A stretch of DNA of 64,000 bases, from the NCBI GenBank assembly GCA_036781285.1, contig DAIQBH010000002.1, forward strand, positions 6,710 to 70,709. The letters run 5' to 3'. This stretch comes from Thermodesulfobacteriota bacterium (lineage in GTDB: Bacteria > Desulfobacterota > Binatia > UTPRO1). The notes under the pieces were generated by a model. That model searched no databases, was not told where the DNA came from, and worked only from the letters and a program-made list of their open reading frames with translations. Both the position numbers and the translations under genes were made by a program. This document shows positions 32,433 to 44,263 of the stretch, one piece after another (position 1 is the first letter of the stretch; every line of letters starts with the position of its first letter).

Positions 32433-32912
32433 TCAGTCCTCGGCTTCGTGCACCTGCTGCGCGAGATAGTGCGCCTCGCCGATCGTCTCGTCGAGATGGA
32501 TCTGCGTCTCGAGCCAGTCGAGATGCTCCTCCTCGCTCACCAGGATGTCCTCGACGAGCTCGCGGGTGCCGTTGTCGCCGACCTCGGTGCAGAGCGCGAT
32601 GCCCTTGTTGAGCCGCGCGACCGCGTCGACCTCGAGCTGACGATCGAGCTTCAGCTGCTCCGGCACCGTCTCACCGACGTTCACTTTGTAGAGGCGCTGT
32701 AGGTTGGGGACGCCGTCGAGATAGAGAATGCGCTCGATCAGGTCGTCCGCGTGCTTCATCTCCTCGATCGACTCCTTGCGGATGCGCGAGGCGAGGCCCA
32801 TGTAGCCCCAGTTCTTACACATCTTGGCGTGGATGAAGTACTGGTTGACCGAGGTGAGCTCGCCCGTCAGGACGTCGTTCAGGAACTCGAGCACCTTCTT
32901 GTTTCCCTTCAT
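32433..32912 (-). CDS. bfr: Bacterioferritin
   Basis: [31 protein letters not shown]... is collinear with Bfr, including the ferroxidase ligands and the haem-ligand region. Strong SD (GGAGGAGG). Confidence 0.9.
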   Translation of the reverse strand: MKGNKKVLEFLNDVLTGELTSVNQYFIHAKMCKNWGYMGLASRIRKESIEEMKHADDLIERILYLDGVPNLQRLYKVNVGETVPEQLKLDRQLEVDAVARLNKGIALCTEVGDNGTRELVEDILVSEEEHLDWLETQIHLDETIGEAHYLAQQVHEAED

Positions 32913-33010
32913 GGATGCCTCCTCCGGTTGACCGCGTGAGGCACGGTAGCACGGGAGCGCAGACACACGAAGACGCGCGGCCCCAGGATCGGAAGCCGAA
33001 CCGCCGGGGT

Positions 33011-33241
33011 TCAGGCCGAAGCGGGCTCGGTGACCGTCGCGGTGACGACCGTCACCGTCACGTCCTCCACGATCGCGGCCGCGCGACAGCGTGCCAGGCA
33101 CTCACGGATCAGCGGCTTGCAGGCGCCGCAACCGGTCCCCGCTCCGCAACGTCGTCCGACTTCCTTCACGGTAGTGGCGCCCGCTTGAATCGTTGCGACG
33201 AGCTCGCGCTCGGAGACGTTGGTACAGAGGCACACGATCAT
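33011..33241 (-). CDS. bfd: Bacterioferritin-associated ferredoxin ([2Fe-2S] BFD-like)
   Basis: [11 protein letters not shown]...GTGCGACK with a C-x-C...C-x2-C pattern in a 76-aa protein, directly upstream of bfr. Confidence 0.8.
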   Translation of the reverse strand: MIVCLCTNVSERELVATIQAGATTVKEVGRRCGAGTGCGACKPLIRECLARCRAAAIVEDVTVTVVTATVTEPASA

Positions 33242-33264
33242 GGTCGTTCGTATGTAGCGACATT

Positions 33265-33290
33265 GAGAATCATTATCAACGAGGATTCTC
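33265..33290 (-). promoter_or_regulatory. Fur-box-like palindromic operator upstream of bfd-bfr
   Basis: gagaatcATTATCaacgagGATTCTC contains the AATCATTATC half of the Fur consensus inside a 7-bp perfect inverted repeat (gagaatc/gattctc), 24-50 nt upstream of the bfd start. Confidence 0.5.
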
Positions 33291-33363
33291 TGGAATCATG
33301 ATGTCGCTGGAGATCCAGGCACTTACGCTCCGAACCCGCTGGCGGCTTCTATATAGGCGGCTT

Positions 33364-34767
33364 CTATAGATGGATGGCGCGCTTCCCGACCGCGAGCGCC
33401 GCTTCCTTGATCGCTTCGGGGAGGGTCGGGTGGGCATGGACCGAGCGCGCGATGTCCTCGGCCGAAGCACCGAACTCCATGGCGATCGCGGCCTCGGCGA
33501 TGAGATCGGAGGCGCGGGGCCCGAGGATGTGGACGCCGACGATCCGGTCGGTCTTGGCGTCGGCGAGCATCTTCACGGAACCGTTCGTTTCGCCGAGGCA
33601 GCGCGCGCGCGCATTGGCCTGGAACGGACAACTGCCGATCGCGAGGGTGATGCCCTGCTGCGCCGCCTCCTCCTCCGTGAGCCCGACGCTCGCGAGCTCA
33701 GGCCAGGTGTAGACCACGTTGGGAATCGCGGCGTAGTTCACGTGCGCCGCGTGGCCCGCCATCATCTCGACGGCCGCCGTCCCCTCTTCTTCCGCCTTAT
33801 GCGCGAGCATCGGCCCGGCAATGACGTCGCCGATCGCGAAGACCCCGGCGACGTTGGTCTCGAATCGCTCGTTCACCACCACCCGCTGGCGCTCGTCGAA
33901 CGCCACACCGATTTCCCGCGCGCCGAGCGCGTCGGTGTGCGCCCGCCGGCCGACCGACACCAGGACGACGTCAGCCTCGATCGTAGACGTCTTCCCCTTC
34001 GACTCGAGCGTGACCTTCATGCCGTCGGCCGTGCGCTCGGCCTTGGTCGCCGCCGTCTCGAGCTGGAAGGTCATGCCCTGCTTCTGGAGCACCTTCTGGA
34101 GGGCGACGCCCATGCCGCGATCCATCATCGGCACGATCCGATCGAGGAACTCCACGACCGTGACCTTCGCGCCGAGCCGGAGCCACACCGACCCGAGCTC
34201 GAGCCCGAGCGCGCCGCCGCCGATCACGAGGAGATGCTTCGGAACCTTCGGCAGCGTGAGGGCCTCGGTCGAGCTCAGGACGCGCTCACCGTCGAAGGGC
34301 AGGCTCGCGAGCGCGCTCGGCTCGCTGCCGGTGGCGATCAGGATGCGGGTCCCGGCAATCGTCTGCTCGCCGTCACCGTCGCGGACGACGATGCGGCGCG
34401 CGTCGACGAAGCGGCCAGCGCCCTTCACCCAGTCGATTTTGTTCTTCTTGAAGAGCGTGTTGAGGCCCGAGGTGCCGAGCTTCACCACCTTGTCCTTCCG
34501 GGCCATCATCGCCGGAATGTCGAGCGTCACGTCAGCGACGCCGATGCCGTGCACGCCGAGGCCGCTCTTGGCTTGATGATAGAGCTCGCTCGAGTCGAGG
34601 AGCGCCTTGCTCGGAATGCAGCCGACGTTGAGGCAGGTGCCTCCGAGCGTCGGGTACTTCTCGACGACGGCGACGCGCATGCCGAGCTGCGCGGCGCGAA
34701 TCGCCGCGACGTACCCGCCGGGGCCCGAGCCGATGACGATCAGGTCGTAGGCATCCGCCGCCATCAC
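33364..34767 (-). CDS. lpdA: Dihydrolipoyl dehydrogenase (E3)
   Basis: FAD motif GSGPGGY, redox-active disulfide [13 protein letters not shown], dimerisation domain. Start overlaps the sucB stop (ATGA). Confidence 0.95.
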   Translation of the reverse strand: MMAADAYDLIVIGSGPGGYVAAIRAAQLGMRVAVVEKYPTLGGTCLNVGCIPSKALLDSSELYHQAKSGLGVHGIGVADVTLDIPAMMARKDKVVKLGTSGLNTLFKKNKIDWVKGAGRFVDARRIVVRDGDGEQTIAGTRILIATGSEPSALASLPFDGERVLSSTEALTLPKVPKHLLVIGGGALGLELGSVWLRLGAKVTVVEFLDRIVPMMDRGMGVALQKVLQKQGMTFQLETAATKAERTADGMKVTLESKGKTSTIEADVVLVSVGRRAHTDALGAREIGVAFDERQRVVVNERFETNVAGVFAIGDVIAGPMLAHKAEEEGTAAVEMMAGHAAHVNYAAIPNVVYTWPELASVGLTEEEAAQQGITLAIGSCPFQANARARCLGETNGSVKMLADAKTDRIVGVHILGPRASDLIAEAAIAMEFGASAEDIARSVHAHPTLPEAIKEAALAVGKRAIHL

Positions 34768-36086
34768 ACCTCCAGGAGCAAGCGCGCCGGATCCTCGAGG
34801 CGCTCCTTCACGCGCACGAGAAACGTGACCGCCTGCTCGCCGTCGACGAGGCGGTGGTCGTAGGACAGCGCGAGGTACATCATCGGCCGGATGACGATCT
34901 GATCGTCGATCACGATCGGCCGCTTCTCGATCTTGTGCATGCCGAGAATGCCGCTCTGGGGCGGATTCAGGATCGGCGTCGAGAGCAGCGAGCCGTAGAC
35001 CCCGCCGTTCGAGATCGTGAACGTGCCGCCCGCGAGATCATCGATCGCGAGCTTGCCGTCGCGCGCGAGCCCGGCGAGACGGAGGATCTCGCGCTCGATC
35101 TCGGCGAACGACATCCGGTCGGCGTGCTTCACGACCGGCACGACCAGCCCGCGATCGGTTCCGACCGCGACGCCGAGGTGGACGAAATGCTTGTAGACGA
35201 CGTCATCCCCGCGGATCTCGGCGTTCACCGCCGGAACCTCCGCGAGCGCCGAGATGCAGGCCCGGGCGAAAAACGACATGAAGCCGAGGCCGACATTGTG
35301 CGCCTTCTGGAACCGTTCCTTGTGCGCGGCGCGGAGCGCCATGACCGCCGTCAGGTCGACCTCGTTGAACGTGGTCAGGATCGCGGCCGTACGCTGGGCC
35401 TGCACCAAGCGCTCCGCGATGCGCTTCCGGAGCCGGCTCATGGGGACGGCTTCTTCGCCTTCCTTCAGAGCGCCCGGTGCGAGCGGCGCGGGAGGCGGTG
35501 CCGCCGGCTGCGGCGGAGGTGGCGCCGCGGGTGCAGCGCTCGCCGGCGGGGCGACCGCGGGCGCGGGCTCCTGCGCGAGATGCGCGAGTATGTCGCCTTT
35601 CGTCAGCCGTCCGCCCTTCCCCGATGGCGCGATCGCGGCCGGATCGAGCGCGTGCTCGTCGATCAGGTGGCGAACCGCCGGGCTCAGCGGTCCGACGGAC
35701 TTCGACGCAGCCGGCCCGGCCGGGGCCGGTGACGATGCGGACGCCGCCGGCGCGGGCGCCGCGGGCGCGGGTTCGGCCGGCGCCGTTGCCGCAGCCTGCA
35801 CCGGAGGCGACGCAGGGGCAGACGACGCGGCGGGCTTCGCCGCCGCTCCCGCGCCTTCCTCGATTCGCGCCACGACCTCGCCGACGGTGACCGTGGCTCC
35901 CGCATCCTTCACGATCCGGAGCACGCCACCCTGCTCCGCCGCGATCTCCATGCTGGCTTTGTCGGTCTCGAGCTCGAGCAGGATCTCGTCGCGCTCGACC
36001 CGCTCGCCCTCCTGCTTGGCCCAGCGGACGATGTCACCTTCGGTCACCGACTCGCCGAGCGTCGGAATCCGCACCTCGAACGCCAT
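34764..36086 (-). CDS. sucB: Dihydrolipoyllysine-residue succinyltransferase (E2 of the 2-oxoglutarate dehydrogenase complex)
   Basis: Lipoyl domain (ETDKASMEI), Ala/Pro linkers, E3-binding domain, catalytic domain with DHRLVDG. Confidence 0.92.
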   Translation of the reverse strand: MAFEVRIPTLGESVTEGDIVRWAKQEGERVERDEILLELETDKASMEIAAEQGGVLRIVKDAGATVTVGEVVARIEEGAGAAAKPAASSAPASPPVQAAATAPAEPAPAAPAPAASASSPAPAGPAASKSVGPLSPAVRHLIDEHALDPAAIAPSGKGGRLTKGDILAHLAQEPAPAVAPPASAAPAAPPPPQPAAPPPAPLAPGALKEGEEAVPMSRLRKRIAERLVQAQRTAAILTTFNEVDLTAVMALRAAHKERFQKAHNVGLGFMSFFARACISALAEVPAVNAEIRGDDVVYKHFVHLGVAVGTDRGLVVPVVKHADRMSFAEIEREILRLAGLARDGKLAIDDLAGGTFTISNGGVYGSLLSTPILNPPQSGILGMHKIEKRPIVIDDQIVIRPMMYLALSYDHRLVDGEQAVTFLVRVKERLEDPARLLLEV

Positions 36087-36114
36087 GACCGTCCTATCCT
36101 CCCGCCCGCACCGC

Positions 36115-38967
36115 TCAGCGCGCGAACGCTCGATTGATCAGATCCGCTTCCTCTTGTTGGTGGATCTTGTACGAGCCCGTAGCGGGGCTCGCCGCCGCGC
36201 GCCGCCCCACGTACGACAGCGGAAGGTGCTCCGGCAGCACGGGCCGCATCTGGTTGAAGATGAAGTGCCAGGCGCCCATGTTGGACGGCTCTTCCTGCAC
36301 CCAGAAGACCTGCTTCGCCTGCGGGTAACGCGCGAGGATCTCGGCGAGCTCCTGGCGCGGGAACGGATGCAGCTGCTCGACCCGCACGAGCGCCGTCGTG
36401 TCGATCTCGCGCTCCGCGCGCCCGGCGAGGAGCGAGTAGTACACCTTGCCGCTACAGAGGATGACGCGCGTCACCTTCTGCGGATCGATCGTGACTCCGA
36501 CGTCGACCGTCCCCGCCGGCGGTTCGTCGAGCACCGGATGAAAGGTGCCGTCGGTGAAATCCTTCAGTGGCGACACCGCCCACTTGTACCGGAGCAGCAT
36601 CTTCGGGCTCATGACGATCAGCGGCTTCCTGAACGAGCGGTGCATCTGCCGCCGGAGCGCGTGGAAATACTGCGCCGGGGTCGTGAAGTTACAGACCTGC
36701 ATGTTCATGTCGCCGCACAGTTGCAGATACCGCTCGAGGCGCGCGCTCGAATGCTCCGGTCCCTGCCCTTCGTACCCGTGCGGCAGCAGCATCACGAGCC
36801 CGCTCATGCGCTGCCACTTCGACTCCGAGCTCGAGATGAACTGATCGACGATCACCTGCGCGCCGTTGGCGAAATCGCCGAACTGCGCTTCCCAGATGAC
36901 CAGCTTGTGGGGGTCGGCGAGACTGAACCCGAACTCGAACCCGAGGCACGCGTTCTCGGAGAGCATGCTGTCGAAGATGAGAAACTTGCTCTGCCCGGGA
37001 CGGATGTTGTCGAGCGGCACGTAGCGGGCGCCGTTCTCGACGTCGTGGAAGACCGCGTGGCGGTGGCTGAACGTGCCGCGCCCGACGTCCTGCCCGCTCA
37101 TGCGGACCGTGACGCCTTCGAGCACGAGCGAGCCGATCGCGAGCGCCTCGGCGCATCCCCAATCGATGCGTTGGCCCTCGCGCACCATCACGGCACGCTG
37201 CTCCATCAGCTTCACGACCTTGGGGTTCGGACGGAACCCCTCGGGCGTCCGCTGCATGGCGGCGGAGACCTCTTCCAGCACGGCCGCGGCAACGCGCGTG
37301 TCGGCGCTCCAGTCGTCCCCTGCCCAGCCGAGCCCGCGCCAGAGGCCGCCGAAGGCGAACACAGGCTGGCGCGGCATGAAGTCGCGAGCGTACCCGTGGG
37401 CGTCGTCGAGAAGATCGCGGAACTCCTTCACCCGCTTGTCGGCGTCCGCGTCCGTGACGACGCCCTCGCTCGCGAGCCGCTGGCGATACAGCGCGAGCGG
37501 CGTCGCGTGCTCGCTGATCACCCGATACATCGTCGGCTGGGTGAAGGTCGGGTCGTCGAGCTCGTTGTGACCGTGGCGGCGGTAGCAGACGAGGTCGATG
37601 ATGACGTCCTTCTTGAACTGCTGCCGGAACGCGATCGCGAGCCGCGCCGCCTGCACCGCCGCCTCGGGATCGTCGCCGTTCACGTGGAAGACGGGCGCCT
37701 GAATGATCTTGGACACGTCGCTCGGATACGGCGTGAAGCGGTAGGAGGTCGGCGGCGTCGTGAACCCGATCTGGTTGTTCACGATGATGTGGATCGTGCC
37801 GCCGGTGCGATACGCCTCCAGCTCGGAGAGACCGAGGGTCTCGGCGACGACGCCTTGCCCCGTGAAGGCGGCATCGCCGTGCATGAGGATGGGCACCACG
37901 CGGGCCCGCTCGGTGTCGCCGAGATGATTCTGCTTGGCGCGCACCATGCCTTCGATCACCGGATTGATGGCCTCGAGGTGACTCGGGTTCGCGCTCAGGG
38001 ACAGGTGCACCTTGTGTCCGGAACGCGTCTGCCGGTCGTGCGAGTAGCCGAGGTGGTACTTCACGTCGCCGTCGCCGGTCGCCTGCTTCGTGAGGAACGT
38101 GCCCTCGAACTCGGCGAGGATCATCTCGTAGGGCTTGCGGAGGATGTTGGCGAGCACGTTCAAGCGGCCGCGATGCGGCATGCCGAGGACCATCTCCTCG
38201 ACGCCGAGCGCCCCGCCTTCCTCGACGAGCGTCGCGAGCAGCGGGATCAACGCGTCGCCGCCCTCGAGCGAGAACCGCTTCGCGGTGGGGTAGCGGATCT
38301 GGAGGAACTGCTCGAAGCCCTCCGCCACGACGAGATCGTCGAGGATGCGCCGGCGATCCTCGGGTCCGAGCTCGGGCCGATTGGACGTCGGCTCCATGCG
38401 CTCGGAAAGCCAGAGACGCTGCTCGCGATCCTGAATGTGGAAGAACTCGACGCCGAAGGTCTGGCAGTACGTCGCCTGCAACCGGGCGATGAGCTCGCCC
38501 AACGTCGCGGTCGCGCAGCCGCGAAAGTCGGCGCACTCGATGACACGCCCCATGTCGGCGTCGCTGAAGCCGAACTCCGACGGCTCGAGGAGCGGATGGC
38601 CGCCCGGCTTCGGGGCGAGCGGGTTCAAGTGCGCGACCAGGTGGCCGAGCTCGCGGTAGGCGTGGACGAGGCCGAAGACGCCGAGCACCGGCTCGGCCGC
38701 GCGGCCGGTCGAGGGATCGATCCGGAACGGCACCGCCACCGCGTGCCCGCTCGGGCGATGTCCGTTCTCGGGTCCACGCGCGTCCCGCGCGGCCTCCGGC
38801 CCGTGCCCGCCGTCCGGCCCGTGGCCGTTGCCGCCCGTCCCCATCTCGAAACCCGCGAAGAACAGCGCCCAGCCCTCGTCGACGGAGCGCGGGTCGACGC
38901 GATAGCGTCGGTACTGCTCCTCGACGTAGTCCGGATTCGCACGACTCACGTGATCGAGGTCGCTCAT
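36115..38967 (-). CDS. sucA: 2-oxoglutarate dehydrogenase E1 component
   Basis: 950 aa, collinear with SucA/OdhA (ThDP-binding region, transketolase-like C-terminal domain). Confidence 0.95.
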   Translation of the reverse strand: MSDLDHVSRANPDYVEEQYRRYRVDPRSVDEGWALFFAGFEMGTGGNGHGPDGGHGPEAARDARGPENGHRPSGHAVAVPFRIDPSTGRAAEPVLGVFGLVHAYRELGHLVAHLNPLAPKPGGHPLLEPSEFGFSDADMGRVIECADFRGCATATLGELIARLQATYCQTFGVEFFHIQDREQRLWLSERMEPTSNRPELGPEDRRRILDDLVVAEGFEQFLQIRYPTAKRFSLEGGDALIPLLATLVEEGGALGVEEMVLGMPHRGRLNVLANILRKPYEMILAEFEGTFLTKQATGDGDVKYHLGYSHDRQTRSGHKVHLSLSANPSHLEAINPVIEGMVRAKQNHLGDTERARVVPILMHGDAAFTGQGVVAETLGLSELEAYRTGGTIHIIVNNQIGFTTPPTSYRFTPYPSDVSKIIQAPVFHVNGDDPEAAVQAARLAIAFRQQFKKDVIIDLVCYRRHGHNELDDPTFTQPTMYRVISEHATPLALYRQRLASEGVVTDADADKRVKEFRDLLDDAHGYARDFMPRQPVFAFGGLWRGLGWAGDDWSADTRVAAAVLEEVSAAMQRTPEGFRPNPKVVKLMEQRAVMVREGQRIDWGCAEALAIGSLVLEGVTVRMSGQDVGRGTFSHRHAVFHDVENGARYVPLDNIRPGQSKFLIFDSMLSENACLGFEFGFSLADPHKLVIWEAQFGDFANGAQVIVDQFISSSESKWQRMSGLVMLLPHGYEGQGPEHSSARLERYLQLCGDMNMQVCNFTTPAQYFHALRRQMHRSFRKPLIVMSPKMLLRYKWAVSPLKDFTDGTFHPVLDEPPAGTVDVGVTIDPQKVTRVILCSGKVYYSLLAGRAEREIDTTALVRVEQLHPFPRQELAEILARYPQAKQVFWVQEEPSNMGAWHFIFNQMRPVLPEHLPLSYVGRRAAASPATGSYKIHQQEEADLINRAFAR

Positions 38968-39086
38968 GACCGGACCCTTTTAGCGTCTCGGCCGGAAGGC
39001 CGCTACCGTGGGCGATCCACGGTTCATGCAACGAAACGTCTTCTGGTACACTCCCGCCGTGCTCACGATCGGAACGGGACCTCGCC

Positions 39087-40331
39087 ATGCCGCGTAGGAG
39101 CAGCTCCAGCGACGTCGTCGCCATGATCCTCGCCGGCGGCGAGGGAAAACGCCTCCTCCCCCTCACCCGCGACCGGGCAAAGCCGGCGGTCCCCTTCGGC
39201 GGCCGTTATCGCATCATCGACTTCGTCCTCTCCAATTTCGTGAACTCGGGCATCTTCAAGATCAGCGTGCTGACCCAGTACAAGGCCGGCTCGCTGATGC
39301 AGCATCTCGCACGCGGCTGGCAGCTCGCGCCCCAAATGGGCCACTACGTGGCGCCCGTCCCCGCGTCGATGAACGTCGGCCCGCAGTGGTTCCGCGGCAG
39401 CGCCGACGCGATCTTCCAGAATCTGGACGTCCTCGAGAACGAGAAGCCGTCCGAGGTGTGCGTCTTCGGGGCCGATCACATCTATCAGATGGACGTCTGC
39501 CAGATGCTGGACTTCCACCGCGATCAGGGCGCCGACGTAACGGTCGCCGTCATCCCGGTGCCCGCCGTCGAGATGGATCAGTTCGGGATCGTCGACACCG
39601 ATCCCAACGGCCGGATCGTCGGGTTCCGCGAGAAGCCCCCGGTCGACGGCGAGGGTGTCGGCACCCGGCTCGCGTCGATGGGTCTCTACGTCTTTCGCTG
39701 CGAAGCGCTCGTGCGCGAGGTCACGGCGGACGCCGAGCGCACGGACTCGGCTCATGACTTCGGCAAGGACATCCTGCCGCGCATGGTCGCCGGCGCGGAC
39801 AAGGTCTACGCCTACGACTTCTCGACCAATACCGTCCCCGACATGCACGACGGGCAACGCGGCTACTGGCGCGACGTCGGCTCGATCGACATGTACTGGC
39901 AGACCTCCGAGGACCTCATCTCGATCACGCCGCAACTGAATTTGTACAACCCGCGCTGGCCAATGCTCTCCGCGTTCTATCCCCACCCGCCCGCCAAGTT
40001 CGTCTTCGGGGACGAGGAAGGGCACCGGCGCGGCTTCGCGATCGACTCGATGGTGTCGGAGGGGTGCATCATCAGCGGCGGCCACGTGGAGCGCTCCATC
40101 CTGAGCCCGCGGGTGCGGGTCAACAGTTACGCGCACGTCCAGGAGTCGATTCTCTTCGACGGCGTCGACGTCGGACGCCACGCGCGCATCCGGCGCGCGA
40201 TCATCGACAAGAACGTCGTCATCCCGGCCGGGATGACGATCGGGTACGACCCGGCCGAGGACCGCCGGCGGTTCACGGTGAGCGAGGGAGGTGTGGTGGT
40301 CGTGCCGAAGGGTATGGACCTCAGCACGTGA
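39087..40331 (+). CDS. glgC: Glucose-1-phosphate adenylyltransferase
   Basis: [43 protein letters not shown] plus the C-terminal left-handed beta-helix. Confidence 0.93.
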   Translation: MPRRSSSSDVVAMILAGGEGKRLLPLTRDRAKPAVPFGGRYRIIDFVLSNFVNSGIFKISVLTQYKAGSLMQHLARGWQLAPQMGHYVAPVPASMNVGPQWFRGSADAIFQNLDVLENEKPSEVCVFGADHIYQMDVCQMLDFHRDQGADVTVAVIPVPAVEMDQFGIVDTDPNGRIVGFREKPPVDGEGVGTRLASMGLYVFRCEALVREVTADAERTDSAHDFGKDILPRMVAGADKVYAYDFSTNTVPDMHDGQRGYWRDVGSIDMYWQTSEDLISITPQLNLYNPRWPMLSAFYPHPPAKFVFGDEEGHRRGFAIDSMVSEGCIISGGHVERSILSPRVRVNSYAHVQESILFDGVDVGRHARIRRAIIDKNVVIPAGMTIGYDPAEDRRRFTVSEGGVVVVPKGMDLST

Positions 40332-40912
40332 CCCGCCGCCGTGCGATCGCCGCCGTGACGGCTCTGGTCGCCGCGCTGCTCGCGCAGACCGCCGGCGCGA
40401 TGACCGTGCTGCCGCTCGATCTGCCCGCCCTCACTGCCGGCGCCGGCACGATCTTCGTCGGCCGCGTCACCCGCGTCGATGCGGGCATCGACGAGCGCGG
40501 CATCGCCGCAGTCTGGACGACCTTCGCCATCGAGGCGACCCTGAAAGGCGCGACGGGTCCGACGCTCACCCTGAAGCAGCTCGGCGCACCGCTCGGCGCG
40601 AGCGGCACTTCCGGCGGCGTTCGCCCGTATCCGAACAGCCCTCGCTTCGCGCCGGGCGAGTCGGTGATGCTCTTCGTCCATGCCCCGAGCGCGCTCGGGT
40701 TCGCGAGCCCGGTCGGGCTCGGCCAGGGCGCGTTCCGCATCCGCGACCGCGACGGACGCCGCGTCGTCGCAAACGACGTCGCCAACCGCAATCTCGATGC
40801 GGTGTCGAGCGGCAGAGCCGCGGACGCCGCGCGCGGGACGGCCCCGTCCGAGCACCTGCCCCTCGACACCCTCGTCGCCCGCGTACGCGCGCTCGTGGAC
40901 GCACACCCCTGA
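40328..40912 (+). CDS. Secreted protein of unknown function (signal peptide), translationally coupled to glgC
   Basis: GTG at 40328 overlaps the glgC stop (GTGA). Signal peptide [22 protein letters not shown]. Confidence 0.45.
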   Translation: MTRRRAIAAVTALVAALLAQTAGAMTVLPLDLPALTAGAGTIFVGRVTRVDAGIDERGIAAVWTTFAIEATLKGATGPTLTLKQLGAPLGASGTSGGVRPYPNSPRFAPGESVMLFVHAPSALGFASPVGLGQGAFRIRDRDGRRVVANDVANRNLDAVSSGRAADAARGTAPSEHLPLDTLVARVRALVDAHP

Positions 40913-40922
40913 CGGTTCCATG

Positions 40923-43100
40923 GTCCCCCCGATCACACGCTCGACGACGCGCCGGCGACCGGGCGCCGCATGCCTCTTCGCGCTGCTGCTGAGTCTCCCA
41001 CTCGCCCGGCCGGCGCTCGCCGCGGGACCGCTCTTCGTGAACGACGCGGGCACGCCGCTCGTGTGGGCCGAACGCCCCATTCCCTGGAACTCCGACCCCG
41101 GGCCGCTCGGCATCCTCGACACCGCGGCAGCGCATCAGCTGGTGGCGGACGGCTTCGACGTGTGGACCTCCGTACCGCGCGCCGCCATTGCGTTCGCCGA
41201 CGCGGGCGCGCTTCCAGAGGACGTGACCGCCGCGAACATCGGGCTCTTCGTCGGCGTCTGCGACGATGGCCTCAGCCCGATCGTGTTCGATCACGACGGC
41301 TCCATCACCGACGCCCTCTTCGGTGCGGGAGCCTCCAACTCGATCCTCGGCTTCGCCGGCCCCGAGTGCGGCAAGTTCACCCCGCCCGTCATCACGGAGG
41401 CATCGGCCGTGCTGAACGGCAAGTTCATCGACGGTGTCGCGAGCGGCGGCAACCCCGAGGTCGGCCTCGACACCTTCGCCGGCGTGATGATCCACGAGCT
41501 CGGCCACTACGTGAACCTGGATCACTCACAGATCAACCTGCTCGAAGCCTTCGACGGCACGACCGCCAACGACGACGCGATCGCGACGATGTTCCCGTTC
41601 GTCCTGAGCGGTCCGGAGACCGCGACCCTCACGCGCGACGACGAGGTGTCCCTCGCCTTGCTCTATCCGGCACCGGAATTCGCCACCGAGACGGCGGCGA
41701 TCACGGGCGAGATCCGCCGCGGGGACACCGACGCTCCGTTCGGCGGCGCGTTCGTGATCGCGCGGAACGTCGACGATCCGCGCCGCGACGCCGTCGGCTA
41801 CGTGTCGGGGGCGCGCTACGTGCAAGGTAGCTTCGATCCCGGTGCTGCGGCGCTGATCGGCGCGTATGAGCTCCGCGGGCTCACGCCCGAGGCGAGCTAC
41901 ACGATCGAGGTCGAGGCGGTGTCCCCCTTCTTCTCCGGCGGCTCCAGCGTCGGACCGATCAGTCCGCCGGTGCTGCTCCCCGGTCCGCCAGAGCTCTGGA
42001 GCGGCGATCTCGAGGCCGGCACCAGTCCGCCGGACGACCCCGCTGCGCCGGGCGAGACGATCGCGGTCGGCGCCGGCGGGATCGCGGCGAACGTCGACAT
42101 CATCCTGAACGTGACGCCCCCGCCCGCGAACGACGTTTGCGCCGCCGCGACGCCGATCACGACGTTCCCCTTCAGCACGACCATCGAAACCCGGCTCGCG
42201 ACGACCGCATCCGACGACCCGATTCCGCCCTGCATCGTCGCGCCGAGTCCGAAGAGCGCGAAGAGCGTCTGGTTCCGCATCACGGCGCCGATCTCCGGCA
42301 CCGTCACGGTCTCGACCGCGGGCAGCTCCTACGACACGGTCGTCGCCGCCTACACCGGGCGCTGCGGCCTCCTCGCCTCGGTCGGGTGCGACGACGATGG
42401 CGGCGGCGACCTCGCCTCGACACTGACCCTTCCGGTCGCCGCGGGCACGCCGTACCTCGTCGCCGTCACCGATTTCGCGTCGACCGGCGGCACGCTCGTG
42501 CTGACTGCCACGTTCGATCTCGGACCGCCGAACGCGTGCCGTGACGCGGCACCGGGGCGGTGCGTGCCCGGCACGGGCTCCACCACGACGGACTGCACGA
42601 CCGAGTGGCTCGTGCAGCCCGTCCCGCCGCTCACGAGCACGCGGCCGGGCAGCCGCAACGTTCCGAGCTATCGCGTGAGCTGCCCCGACGGCGACCCGCG
42701 CTGCGACTTCGACGGCGTCGACGGCAAGAACGGCACGTGCACGTTCCACGTCGCGGTGTGCGTCAACAACGGGGACCCGCGCGCGGCGACGCGCCGCTGC
42801 ACCCCGAGCGCGATCACCGAGTACCGCCTCCTCTCGCCCAGCACGCGCCGACCACGCGACATCATCGACACCCAGAATGGCGCCACCCTGCTCCACGCGG
42901 TCTCCGCGCTGGCACTGTCGCCTGGGCCGACGGTCGCCGACGGCCGCGTCACCTTCACACCGCCGCTCGCCACGGCGGACCGCTGCACCGCGTTCCAACG
43001 TCTCGTCGTTCCGATCGGGACGCGCACGTTCCGGACGCGCGCGCTCGTCCCCCCGCGGCGCAGCGACGCGGATCAGCTTCGGCTGCGCTGCACGAAATGA
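40923..43100 (+). CDS. Secreted metzincin-like zinc metalloprotease with C-terminal beta-sandwich (PPC-like) and Cys-rich domains
   Basis: Signal peptide. HELGHYVNLDH (HExxHxxxxxH spacing). A PPC-like segment (SVWFRITAPISGTVTVS...YDTVVAAYTG). The last about 170 aa carry 12 Cys. Confidence 0.7.
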   Translation, partial: VPPITRSTTRRRPGAACLFALLLSLPLARPALAAGPLFVNDAGTPLVWAERPIPWNSDPGPLGILDTAAAHQLVADGFDVWTSVPRAAIAFADAGALPEDVTAANIGLFVGVCDDGLSPIVFDHDGSITDALFGAGASNSILGFAGPECGKFTPPVITEASAVLNGKFIDGVASGGNPEVGLDTFAGVMIHELGHYVNLDHSQINLLEAFDGTTANDDAIATMFPFVLSGPETATLTRDDEVSLALLYPAPEFATETAAITGEIRRGDTDAPFGGAFVIARNVDDPRRDAVGYVSGARYVQGSFDPGAAALIGAYELRGLTPEASYTIEVEAVSPFFSGGSSVGPISPPVLLPGPPELWSGDLEAGTSPPDDPAAPGETIAVGAGGIAANVDIILNVTPPPANDVCAAATPITTFPFSTTIETRLATTASDDPIPPCIVAPSPKSAKSVWFRITAPISGTVTVSTAGSSYDTVVAAYTGRCGLLASVGCDDDGGGDLASTLTLPVAAGTPYLVAVTDFASTGGTLVLTATFDLGPPNACRDAAPGRCVPGTGSTTTDCTTEWLVQPVPPLTSTRPGSRNVPSYRVSCPDGDPRCDFDGVDGKNGTCTFHVAVCVNNGDPRAATRRCTPSAITEYRLLSPSTRRPRDIIDTQNGATLLHAVSALALSPGPTVADGRVTFTPPLATADRCTAFQRLVVPIGTRTFRTRALVPPRRSDADQLRLRCTK

Positions 43101-43104
43101 CGCT

Positions 43105-44169
<1,065 letters not shown>

Positions 44170-44263
44170 TGCACGACGGCCGCGGAACTCGAAGGCTCCG
44201 CGGCCGTGCGCGCGCATCGCCGTGCGCGCGAACGCGCTCGGCGCTTCAGGCGTTACGACGGCG

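Noticed and set aside
33341-33369. 13-nt near-tandem direct repeat (gcggcttctata) spanning the lpdA stop codon
   Set aside because: Probably a trivial slippage duplication at the gene 3' end. It creates two successive in-frame stops but has no obvious regulatory structure.
36689-39166. 825-aa alternate-frame ORF overlapping sucA
   Set aside because: Out-of-frame shadow. The sucA frame is collinear with E1o proteins.
44176-44208. 11-bp-stem hairpin (acggccgcgga/tccgcggccgt) between the giant gene and the bEBP gene as a terminator
   Set aside because: It ends only 7 nt before the proposed bEBP ATG and has no U tract. It may instead indicate that the bEBP start is mis-assigned, or it may be an attenuating structure. 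Not confident enough to call.
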